This document shows, one piece after another, positions 12,401 through 25,700 of a stretch of 64,000 nt of DNA. Under the pieces are notes generated by a model. It worked only from the letters and a program-made list of their open reading frames with translations. It was not told where the DNA came from and searched no databases. Source of the DNA: Tubiluchus corallicola (Eukaryota > Animalia > Priapulida); NCBI GenBank assembly GCA_030141605.1, contig JAQGDQ010000148.1, positions 1-64,000 of the forward strand. Direction: 5' to 3'. The translations under genes and the position numbers were made by a program. How positions within the stretch are numbered: the stretch's first letter is position 1; every line of letters begins with the position of its first letter.

Positions 12401-15400
12401 ACAACAATGAAGAAAAATAATGTTTATATCAAACCGAAACCAGAAAATTAAGGATATGGCTAATAGTATATAGCATCATCTAAAGATACTAAACAGATGC
12501 CATACAAACTATGTTGTTATGGCAAGTTACAAATGTCTAAAATACCTTTACAAACTGAAGTTTTCTCTCCGTGGTTTCAGTGCTTTCTGGATTAAAGACA
12601 AATTCAACCTTGGCTTTTGCATCGGCGAACCAGTTTTCAAAACAACGACATTTGCTTTTGTAGTTGCCATGGAGATCAGTAATTTCAGCAGCATTTTTAA
12701 CAACAACCTAGTTAAATATATAACAATATTTGACTAAAAAGGAATATAACAATGATAAAATAAATAACTGTTTTTTAAATAAATATTAAAAATATAGAAA
12801 TAATAATATAGCCTGATTCATCTACTGATCATAGTCGCCTCTGCTTGATGTTGCGATTTTGATTTTTTTAATAGTACACATATATGCCAATTTTTTCACA
12901 CGTTAGTTCGAAAAACATAAATGTGCTCACAAGCAACGTTTAATAGAGTATGTATAATAAGAATGTACCTGAGTATCTTCGTTTAGTTTGGCATACGTTG
13001 CAATCAGTCGAGTGACTTCATCCCGACTTTCTCCGCTCGTTAGCATAGCTGCTTGTTCTTCTATGGAATCCACAACTTGCTGATAGCTTGTTATCTCTCG
13101 TTGCAGATTCTATGTATGAGAATGAAACGAATTCAAGCAACAAATGTTTAATAAGTTAATCTTTATTGATCACAATATACAGGTAAACTATGTATATAAT
13201 TCAGCAGAGGCTTTTTATATAAAATGACGTTTTACTGCATATTTTATGGAATTATGTAAACTTAGGTTCGTGAGACAATTTTTAAAATTACATAAGCTAC
13301 ACTTAATTTGCCAGTAGCAGCAAGGTAAGATGATGTCATTCTAATTTACAAAGACGCACTTCCAAGCATATTACCTCTGCAGCTTCGTGATGTGGTTGAA
13401 TTTCTATCAAATCCAGTTTATCCTTCTGTAACTGTTGCAGCTTGGCTAGCATACTGGCAAGCCAATTAGAAAGGCTTTGTACGGAGTCGGCTAAATTAGA
13501 CCACTTGACTAGACTCTGCTCCATTTTGACCTATACACAGAAAGTCTTTTGTCAAAAAATAACTCTATATACATGACAAATAAAGTAGTGAGTTTTTCAA
13601 AAGAGTAATTGGTGTAAATTAGCACATATTTTACAATTCAAATATAATGTTCATGTAACGCAGGATTTGGAAAAATAATTATGATTAAATACAAAAAAGT
13701 TGCTGATCGGTGACGAAGCACTAACTGTTCACCAGAGCTTGGTCACAAATTATTCCAGAGTCATGTTTTTCGGAACTACCTTATGATATTAACTCTACTG
13801 TTTTTCACAAATTGTAGCCCATGTAGTTTCAAAATAAATAAATATATTTTAAATATGGACTATATTATATAATTCACTCATCATCGAGACACAATGTAAT
13901 GCAACGTAGCAAACAAAGTCAACAAAAGCTTTTGAAAGATGCTCCATTTCTCCCAGAAATGTACTAGACATACCTTTGTACCAGTCAACTCAATGGAGTA
14001 ACTGTCCCATTTATTTCTGATCAAATCTATCTGCTGCTGAATGGATGGGTGCCCTTCAGTCGATGTGCTGGCAACAGCTTTAGTGCCTTTCTCTGTAACA
14101 CTTTGAACAGCAGTTTGTACAGCTGGTTTTTCATTTTCTAATACCTGAAAATGAAAACACAAAGATCACATCTGGTGTAATAGTAAAACAAGTGTACATT
14201 CGCCAAAACAAACAAATACATAAACAAAAAACTTTTCTGTTTCACTATAAACTCAAACACTTTTAATTGACTTGACATATTTTGACTGGGACTGCTTATA
14301 AAATCTGATACAAACTATAAACTGAGAAACTCTGCAATGCTCAAATTGCAGTAAAAAGTTACAACTTGCCGGTAATTATGATTATAAAATATAAGTACTA
14401 AATTTCAAACAATTGCTTTTCTATGTTCCTGCTATATTTCTGTACCTGACACAGTGGTAGTTGTAAAGGTATAGCTAAGACAGAGTTAGACAGGTGCAGT
14501 TTAATAAGCTGTTGGTATTTGCAGGGTGTCACTAATGACTGCAGCATGCCTTCGTGGCCAACTCTGCAAACTTGGTTCAAAAGGACTGTCAAAATCCTAG
14601 TTATGTGCCACAATAGCAACTTGAACAAGAAACTTGAAAGAATGCTATCAATGTCATCTTACCTGAATGGTTTCCAGTTTATTTTGAGCGTCAGCCTGAT
14701 CGACTGCTGTTGTTTTACAGTCATCCAGTTTATGTACAACTACATTCAGCAATGTTCTGCATTCATCTACAGTTTGCAGAAATACGACATGATCATTTGC
14801 GCTTTCTTCGCATCTTGCCAGATTTTCTTCTATGTTACTAATGAGCGCATTGTATCTTTGATCTATCTCATCGGAGGAAACATCAGCTGGTTGGAGTTTG
14901 GCAACAAGACGATGTAATTCCTCTAGTTTCCCTGACTGCTCTTTACAATTGTTCAGTAGGTCCTATAACAATGAAGGTTGCAAGTTATAAACATTTAATC
15001 TCTGGAAAGCCATGGATATGATGAGAGGTGCTGAGAAGTCACTGACACAGCAAGGTTTCTTACTTCCAAGAATATGCACCAAGGAATTTCTTTTATGACT
15101 GCTCATATGTCTAGTTATTGTAAAACTCTAGTACTTTGCATTTCTGCAACAAAAATTTTAAGTCTGAAACTCTTTATTATCAGAAATATCAGTTCATCAG
15201 AAATATCAGGGTTAATATCAGAAGTACTGTCCACACGACTTAGCTGTGACGTTTCACTAATGTTTTATTGTGATGTTTTATTGATAGTGCCTTTTGTTAA
15301 GACCCACACCCGCCAAAATCACCGACAATAATAATGGGACAGGCAGCCAGCTAGCCACCTGTAACTTTCCAAGTTTTAAGCTTACAAATTTCAATCCACC

Positions 15401-16736
15401 ACATACTTTTTGACTCGCTCCAGAGAATTTTTTCGTTGATTTACGGTATCCTAATTTCCTGAGGGGAAATCAATAAAAATGCAAAGCACACAGGGAATCG
15501 CTTATGAACTACTAAATAAATTAAACGTGTAATTTCATACCATCTCAATTCTCACATTACAAACAGATAATAATTACATTTTGCCATTTTCAGTTACTGA
15601 TGTGGTTTTATTGAGGAGGTGAAGAATTAATGATTTCAATTCTCCAAAAAGAAAAAAAACAAAACAAAACAAAATAATATTCTGACACTTCTTGTTTTAT
15701 AGCAAATTAAAGTTATAAAATTCACAACTACATCAATAAAAAATGATATAAATGAGAATGATGGCATCATTCACAAACAGTAAAAACTGAACAAGGAGGT
15801 TTTCTATCAGGTAGTCAAACTTTTCAACAAAATTACCAAAATTAGCAGAGCATCCTAACACTATCAGTGAAATCCAGAAAAGAGGGTGGCATGAAAACAT
15901 TTGTGACGAAGATGAAGAATGTCACCCATATTAGCTTTTTCATATATAGTTCAAATCGTCTTTGTTAAAGAACAAGTTCTGGTCCCAAACCAACTAACAA
16001 AATAATTGGTTCAGCACCTGAATTCAGGCATTGTCAAGGACAATGCTCTACAACGAGATACTAAACTGGCAGGGTGTACTAGCATTACTGGATTATAGGT
16101 GCAACAAAGCACAGGCATGGAACAGTGTATCAGAAAAACTGCCTCTTTTTTCTTTGCAGTTACTTGTTATCAATCCATTTCCTAGCCAACTCACACTTGC
16201 TCAACTTCGGTCGTTAGTCACACCATAACCACCATAGCAGTTCCATAAAAAATTTGGACAGTTAATGTATTTGGAATTAATTGACTATGATGCAATACTA
16301 TACTGGAATGCACTGTTTTTAAGTTGTAAAAAGATTTAGAATTAATAACCACAGAGCACGTATCTATAAAAATGTCATTTATGAAAACCTCATTATAATT
16401 TGGTAATCATCTAAGAGTACTGGTAGACACATACCTGAAGTACAGAAACCTGATGTCGTTTATCCTCTACAGTAGAAACAGGAAGTGAAGCATTAGTGAC
16501 GGTAACTTCCTGTTCTGTGATCCAGCTAACAAATTCATCAGACAAGTCATTGAATTGTAGCCAAAGTTGTCTTTGTGCACCTGAACAAAATAAAAATAAA
16601 CATAGATAACAATTACAGGTTATTGAATGATTAATTACTTCTATCATTCGGATCACAAGAATAAAATGACAAGTTGCTTTGATTTTTCCAAACTGTTTCT
16701 GCTTGTGAAGAATTGTAATAAAATAATAATAATAAT

Positions 16737-16773
<37 letters not shown>

Positions 16774-19700
16774 GCAACAACAACAATAATAATAATAGAT
16801 GCCTCTTACATCAATAAACACATCTAAAAATGATGTAGACAAAATTGATTTTTTGCAGACGTATTCGTCGTTCACATTACCAACACTTGACTAAAACGAC
16901 TGGCAGAAAGGAAGTCATGTAGTCAAAGCAAAGACCATCTGAACGAAACACATGTAACACACCAGTTATTCCACTCAGCTGACAAATAGATAGAACGAGA
17001 AATTAAATAAGAAAATTAAAACCGTAATTGTGATACAAAACCAAAACTAGTTATATAATTATGTACCACCAGCCGACTATCAGTCTGCATATCTGCTTAA
17101 TTGGCTAACTTTCTATCTATCTAAACTTCAACAAGGAAGTTGTTTAGACTATTTTCTGACAATTAATAAAAAGGTTTGTTCGTCTTTTTAAAAGCAACTG
17201 TGATAAAATAAATCTAAATTACAATAAAGAATGTACCAAGGTCTTCCAGGAGACTAGAAATCTCAACTGAAATCTCAGCTGTTTGGTTCTGCAGATCAGA
17301 AACTTCTGTTTTTATGGTATCCTGACCATTAATGCCAACAGTTGGCAGGAGAGATTCCGCAGTTTGCCCCAATTTGTTTGACAACTCTCTGCATGCTTGA
17401 GCATTAGTATGAGCATCCTACAAGTCAGTAACAATGGTTACAAAAGCACACAAATAATATGCATAGAATCTTAGCCAGTTAATATAATCTAGGAAGAATA
17501 TTACATTTTCACATAATTCCTATTACTTGAATTTTCTTGATCTTATTCATTGAAAAATATTTAGCTACCTGGAGCCTGTGGATTTTCGTCTCGACTTCAC
17601 TGAGGGTCTTAGGATGATCTCGACAGCTTTGAACGTCATCACTGACATTAACGTTCCGCTGCAAAACCTCGTCCCTTCCAGCCACATATTTCTCATGGTT
17701 GCAAATGGAATGCAAACAATCATCCTTTTTTACCTGAAGTAACAATGGTTACAGTGTTGCTATAATTGTAATTTGTGATCTATTGATCAAAGTTACTAAA
17801 GTTTAACTTTACAAGGTAAACAGTGTGATCTATACAGTCATAAAAAAAACTTGTAATGTCGTCAGTTACAACTTAAGCAGGAGGATTCAAAAAGTTTATC
17901 ACAAATTTTGCAAAAAAAGTTATCAGGTAGATCTATAGGATGGTTTCATAATTGTTATCATTAAGCTGAAAGCAGAGCTTTAACCGGACAGGCTGTGTTT
18001 CGTAGCTTTAAGACTGCCCTTTTATCTAAATAAAATTGTGTTCTTAGTTTAACTGCTTTTCACACGCTTCACACTGTTAACATAAATGGTAAAAGTAAAA
18101 GGTCACAGTACTTATAGCTATTTATTCATTTGTCTGTTGTATGGGTATGTAAACTGTTTTTCATATATGAATGTCACCTTAATGCCCATGCTGTGTATTA
18201 TATAAAAGCTATCTGATAATCAAAATTCTGCATTAAAGAATTCAATTGCTTGCACTTACGTACATTTTGTCAATATTTGCATGTGACTGTAACGTGTAAC
18301 GACGGCCCGTTTTATGAAAAAACAAAAATCAAATGGTTTCAATTGAAAAAATGCAATGCTTGTCTTTTATCCGCACCTGACAGTCTTGCAGTAATGATGT
18401 GTGCTTGGTAGACAATGTTGAAGCAAGTGCAATCAGTGCATCATCACAAGCACCTGTCGCTTTCTGTGGAAATTCTTTTAATATTGACGTCTCTTCTGAT
18501 TTCACTGTTTCATGTATATTCTGAAACATGAAGTGATTATATGCAGAAAATTAGTATACAAAAGCAGAATTAACAACTACAAAGCATTACAAATACCAGC
18601 TGATTATTAATGATAAGTTAAGGACAATCACAAGAAAACTAACATATACAATTAAGATATAATTTTTAGAAACTAGGGAAGCTGCAATGACAGCAATGGT
18701 AACGGCAATGGGTACTCTGGTTTTTCAAACACTGTCAAAGTGTGTACTATTATCACTATTATTAGCAATTCACCACTTGTAGTCAGTGTACCAATACTAA
18801 ATCACTGTTGCTGCTGCTGCTACATGGCTACTGCTGCTACCTCTACCAGTGCTGCAATGACTTATAATAAGTTTAGTATCTATTTATTTCATTAGGATCA
18901 CAAAAACAAAAAGACAAGTTACTTTGATTTTTCCAAGTTGTTTGTGCTTGTCTTCCAGGGTGTCTGGTTTTTCAGTAACAGCATCTAACTTTCCATTCAT
19001 TTCCTCCAGCCATAAGAGCAGCTGTTCACCCTTCCTCTCTAACACCAGTAAACTGTCCAACTTCTCATTCAGGAGTTTCTACAAAAACAATAAAATAACA
19101 AATGAAAGAAAAATGCATTGGACAGAAATGCATAATCTGATAATATGAGTCAATGGTTTGAGGAAAAGCTTAACTTGAACAACCAAAATGTAAACATTCT
19201 AGAAACAACAAAACTCTGACAACAAGAGAAAGGTTCAAGATTCTCATTTACATTAAATGTGATGAGGTCATATTATACCAGCTTCTCATAATTCTTCTTA
19301 TGATTTATATGAACTCATGAAAAAGCGGTATGCTACTTCCTTTTAATATGATAAAACCCACAAATAACAATTTGTTTTTCAGCAACCATTCATATCAGTT
19401 TAGACACAAAATGACATGAAATGGTTTCTCAAACTTTGCATGGGTGTAACGATATTTTTATTCCTTTCAAGCAAAGGGTCATTTAAGTGTGATCAACTTT
19501 AGTGTACCTCACCTTTACATTAGCAGTATCAGAAGCCACTTCATCAAAAACTTGTTTCAGAGTCAGAACCTCTTCACGAATAACATCCCTGCCGGAGAGA
19601 GCAGTGCCAAGCAAACAACGTTGTGAGATCTGATCGACTTCATCAACCATCTTGCGACCATCCTCAAGACTGGACTCCAAACCCTTAATAGATAAATTTA

Positions 19701-22700
19701 ATAATGTGAGTAAATTAAAAGAGACTTAAACATGATTATCCATTCAATATTTTAACACTCATAGGAAGTGCCACATTATATCATACTATTTGCAATAACT
19801 ATCCTTCGAAGGAACGCTACTTACATAATACCTAAATAACAAATGACTAAATGCCTCTGTATCTGCATAGGTACTGTTTTATATTGTCAAATTTCACTTG
19901 TATTTAATAATGATATAAGTCAGCAATGATAAATTTCACAAATTTTTGTTACCGATACTGAATCAGCTGAAGCTTGCAGATCTTCACGATTTCGAACAGG
20001 CGCCTCCTTTAGGCATCCCAATTTTTCCTTCACCTCATTAATCCAGGCTATAGCTTGTTTGTATTTAGCTGCATAATCTTCATGTGCTTCTACATATGTC
20101 TGCCACTGTGTGCATGCCAACTGTAATAGAAATGAGTAACTTTTAAAACTTCTATATACTACAGGCAATACAATGATACAAAGTGGCATCAATGATTACA
20201 AAACATTATCAGATAATATAAATTAGCTATCACTAAAATAATTGCTACTTATAATAAAAACAAAGCATTAACAATTCAAAATCAGTCAAATGTATTACTC
20301 ATCTGCTTCCAAACAACACAGCTTACGCTTCTACAGAAAAGCAGCATTGAAAACATGAACTGAATGATAAAATACTATCATTTCTTACCTTAATTACTTC
20401 GTTACAGTTTGCATACATTGTCTGGATTTCGGTATCTTGTTCCATAGCGTGAGCAGTATTTAACTGGGTAGACATACTATGCAGTGTTGTTACATCGCTG
20501 TCAAGACTAGAGATAGATGACTGCACCTCCTGGTGGTGAAATAAATAAAAATGCAGCCGTTGATCATTTCAAAGTTAAATGAATTTAGATCTTCTTAAAG
20601 TAGACAGTTGCCAATTATCCCCACTTGGACTGCTAATTATTTTCGATAATTTTATCAACAAAAGCACAGCAACAGGCATTTACTGAAAGGCAGCTGACGA
20701 GCAGGTGCCAAAGGACATTTCAAGGCTACAATGTTCAATTACTAAATTCAGAAATGGTTTTGCGACTAAGGTTGTAGTTTCTAAATCAGAAAATAGAATT
20801 GGCACATATCTACGCCAAATGACGTACCACATTCTAGAAATGTTTTTTCTTTATTAGCAGCTGTAATTCTTAGCAATGTCCAATGCACATAACATAATGA
20901 ATTAATATGTCAATTAACATAATGAATGTTAACAAAATATATCTTACTTGTAAGTGGGTTAAGCCTGCATGCTTATCGTCCAAGGTGCTGCCTAACTCTT
21001 TGCTTCTGACATCCTTCTCTGCTTGAGAAATGGCAGTAATGAGTTTCTTATACAACTCTGAAAATGTTGTCAACTGCCCAAGTTTGTCCTAAAAGAAGCA
21101 AGACCAATTATGTTCAAAGAGCCCAAGCTTAATGATGCAAAGGTAATACAGGTATAATGGCTTACAAAACATAATAACTTACGATTTTGTACATTTCGTT
21201 TTCTTAATAAAACTAGATACATACAGCAACCATTTTCTGCTGAGATTCTACATCATTCCACAGATTATTCCACTGTGTCTCCAGAGAAACCATTTCATTG
21301 TTTATCGCCTCCTGTCCTTCGTCACTCGACTGAGAGGCAACCACTTTTGCATTTGACAAGGCGTCTGACATGAGTGCCTCACCTTCTGGTTTACTAGCTA
21401 GTGCATCCTTAAAAAGTATACAAATAAGTCAATTATCACGGATGCATGATCTTATGTTTCTAAATTTCTTCAGATATAAACTAATATTTCTTCAGATATT
21501 TCACTTCAACTAAGTTATACCGTGATTTTAGTTATGAACACTGTCTAAAAAGAAACAATACAATCAGGGCCGGCTCTAGGTAGTTGGATACTGTAGGTAG
21601 AAATTGCTTTAGCGCCCCTCCTCAACGGTCAACCTCTTCCCCACAGTCCCCATACACCCCACTCACAAAATTGAATTTTTGTAGTGTCAATGAGGTGTAA
21701 TAGTATTTGTGTGTTAAGCTTATGTATTACAGGGCACTAATCAACTGTAGTTAGTTACTTATCTACAGCTTGTGCCGATATCATTTGAAATTGAATTTAT
21801 GGCCTCATGGTAAGTTGTGGGTCTTCAAAAGCAATCAAAATTTGCATAATTTCTACTGCACATTCTTCACATACATACTTTTGATTAAATTTTCCATCAG
21901 CTATTTCATAACAAAATTTTCGAAACTCTCCTCTTTTTCACATGCATCCATTTCACTACAGTAGTTTCAACATCTCGTTTGGTTGCAAATACCTCAGAAA
22001 CAAATCTTTTTGTCATTCAATGTCCGCAGCCATTTTACCTTTCGTTTCCTATATTATACTCCTGAAGGCTTTGAATCTTATAGGCTTATTTTGATAAGAA
22101 AATAATACAAGTATGAGTTTGTTTCATTTAATTAAAATGTTGTGTATTTAAGCAATTACACATACACCATGATATTACTTATGCTAAACTTAAAATTAAA
22201 AAAATTCTTGCAGAATTTTGCACCTCCCAAAATTTGGTACCCAAGGCAACTGCCTAGTTTGCCTAGTGGTAAAGCTGGCCATGAATACAATGTTAAAAAC
22301 AAGAAAACATTTGATTACTAGAAGCTTTCACAAATTGTAAATGTTTTACAATAATCTAAGAGACGTACATTGAGTTTCTCCACGGATGTATAAAGCTTAG
22401 CTTTCTCCACAGGAACCTGCTTGCAAGAATCCACAGTAGACTGTAAGCTTTCAATCCAAACTTTACACTGATCTGAGTTGCTGTTATACTGTTTATGACA
22501 CTCAACAGCGTCTGATGCTAGCTTATGCACATCCTAGGAATACAGAAAGTATTAGATCCGTTTTTATGGTTATAAAAGTGACAATATGTACATTTTATCG
22601 ATTTTACAAATTTATGATAAAATTTACTTTTTGCTTTATTTTAAAAAGCATCTGTCTTTTGAACGAATGTGTTTTCAAGACTTCTATTTATTAGCAACTT

Positions 22701-25700
22701 GTAGTGATTGTATTTATGTACAACTCTGATTTGTCTTAGGTAACCAAAACTTCAGCTTGTTATTTAGAGAGTAAATTTTCATCATAATGGAATGACAGCA
22801 AAATAAAAGTGAAAGTGCTTACCTCACATTTAGTACAAAGCATCTCATATCTAGTTTGGCAGTTGCTCAACTCATCATTCATATCTGGGATTTCCTTTAT
22901 GGCATTCAATGAGGCATCAACATCACCATGGTTACCAACAACTTCAGCTGATAAGGCCTTAACAATAAAACAATTGCAAGATATTTTATCTGCCAACAAA
23001 TGTACATCTGATGTTATATCAGAGTAGATGCTATACCCTTTGAATATGAATTAGAACTCGGGCTTAAATTATTAAGTCAGTGGGAAAAAGTAAGCTGAAG
23101 CATTCCATTTATTCTTTGCAAATGAATTTATAAATATAAGTGATTTTACCAACCTCGGCATTTTTCAAATGTAACAGTTTATCATCAAGTGAGCAACATG
23201 GTTTTTCCATCATTACAACTTTCTGCTCAACTTCAGTTAGCCAAGTAAAAAGAGATTTTAGTCTTTCTGTAGCATCTGTTAACTGCCCCGAGTACTTGGA
23301 CAAGCTGAAGATGAAAAAATAGTAGTTCTGTGAGTTACTAAACAACCAGTTAATGCATACAGTTTCTGGCAAAGTTTGGCATTGCTAGGTACTCGCTAAT
23401 AGTACTAAGAAATTGAAAACTAAATACACATGTAACTATTCCAATACCATGGTTGAACAGGTTTCATGCATACCTTTCTAAATTTGCATCTATAGTTGTA
23501 TAGAAATTGTGCCAGTTGGTTTTTAGTAACTCAATTTCAGCACTGATTGCTTCTCTTCCAGGTGCAGCAGTGGTGGACTGCGTTATCTTTGCCTTTTCTT
23601 CAACATCAGCAACTTTACTCAAATATTCATCTTTTTCTGAAAGCAGTTCCTGAAATGAAACACGAAATACAGTCATTTCATGCAGTAATCACAGACAACT
23701 GCTACAAACTCACATTTTGGTCACTTAACTCAAATTCAAACACTACACTCTATGCATGTGTTTGCATTACTAGTATCTATTTACTATAACACCAGTTTTT
23801 GCAAGAAAGTGACTAAGTATTCAACTACAAGGCATAACAAGCACTGCATTTGAATTTATGTTTAAGTTAATTCTTGGTTAAATCCACACTTATTAAATTT
23901 CACATTTGTTCTGTTTAGATCTATCATTTATGGCTTTATGCATATCACGATTTATCTGACTTGTCTAACATGTAAAGCATTATAATCAATTTGATTTATT
24001 TCATGAATGTATGTTATCATAAAAGTTTTAACAGTGTTTCTATAATTGAAAATAACTAAAGTAATGGGTAAAATGTCTCTTGTTTAAAATGCAGAAGAAT
24101 ACGTAGTAACTTAACGTAGGAGCTTTAGTTGAGACTGATGCTAAAAAATGATTAACATTTATTTCCATATATCTGATAGTAACACTGTTGTATAAAAATT
24201 TCTTTCTTTCTCCTGCTGTCTGCTGCTACAACTTATCTAGTCTTTAACGATACTGTAATGTGTTTGAAATGTGAATTTTTGCTGGAATTACAAGTAAATG
24301 GTAATACAATCAGCTTAATTGAGATACAACCTTCAAAGCACTCAAATTTTCTTCCAGCTTGGCTTTGTTAGGTTGTAACCGGGTAGCAGTTATTTCTTTC
24401 TGCTTTTGGTCTACAGCATTGAAATCCGATAAACAGTCGTCATATTTTTGTTTGTAGAATACGTGATCAGCCAGAGCTTGTTCACTCCTTGAGCAAAATT
24501 CCTGAAAATCACAAGTTACATTCAAACTTCTAAACACATGTCAATTAAACGAAGCCATTTGTAATTATTGCAATACACTGCCATATATATCTTACTATAA
24601 CAGAGCAAATAACTAAAAACAGTCTTTTCTCTTACTAACTCTCTGTACTTGGGGACCCTACACAGCTTGAAGGGCAGCCAGGGAGTGTTCGTTTTTTTTT
24701 AAAAAATCCGTCCAAGATATGATCATACGAGTGTAGCAAGCAGCACTCATAGTCAAAATAACTTAAAGTAATTTACTCTAGTAATAGGTGATTTATTCCA
24801 TTGCAAGCTAAAACTCCAAGAAATCCTGATCTGTAGAAGCTGTAGAAAATGGTTTTAGGTAAAAATAATATATGGTGCAAAATAATCAGAACTTGATAAC
24901 TTCATTAAAATATCAGCAAAGCTGCCTGAAATTTATAATTACTAGAGTTCTAAAGTGTAAGACATTTTGCAGTGGTCTTGTGTTGACGCTTTTAGCATAA
25001 CTTCAGGCTGCTTTCAGGAGTGGAACTTTTAATTTTTTAATTTTGGTTTAGTTTCAAGCTCCACTTTTTTAATGTTGCAGTCACAGTGAACAGTTTACAT
25101 GATGGAGAGTAAAAATACGATGCAAACTTTTTGCAATTTACGAAATGTACCTGGCCATCTGCCACTGTCTGCAGATAAGCTTCCTCTAATGTAGCTACCT
25201 CCCTTTTTATATCTACAGCATCCTGTGAAGATAATGGCAGTGCCTGCGCTTGCTGGCAAAGTGATTCCACATCAGAGTGAAAATCTTCTAAAGTCTTTTG
25301 CACGTCCTAAACAAATTTAAGTTATTTCATTAAAATTGAGCACATTTAAATTATTTTTGAACAGAAGTTATTTAAAACAACTGTACACAATTTTTCATAA
25401 AACATTTTTAAAGAAAAGAAGGCATGCTTTCTTCAGTAATGTACAACACTTTCACATCACGCAGAAACACATTTACATCAAAAGGAGAAATAAAAACAAA
25501 ACTATGAAGTTGTTTGCGAGCATAAAAAATGGAATGCATTGCCTTGTTTGCAAAACTAGGCAACTTTCTGAGCCATGCAGTTCAGTAAGACTGATCATGC
25601 AAACTATAATTTAAAAAATCAAGAAATTATAATATCACAGTGATGGAAAAATTAGAAAAAATTAGAAATATAATAAAAAACATTTGATAAAGTTAAGAAG

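Noticed and set aside
14519-14917. 132-aa plus-strand ORF and similar plus-strand ORFs over exons
   Set aside because: Antisense to real minus-strand exons; no independent coding evidence
15015-15450. Mariner-like start (TATGATGAGAGGTGCTGAGAAGT)
   Set aside because: No matching right-hand TIR found
16411-16875. 154-aa ORF with poly-Cys/poly-Tyr and the opposite poly-Thr ORF
   Set aside because: Translation of the (AAT)/(AAC) microsatellite fused to a real exon; not a protein
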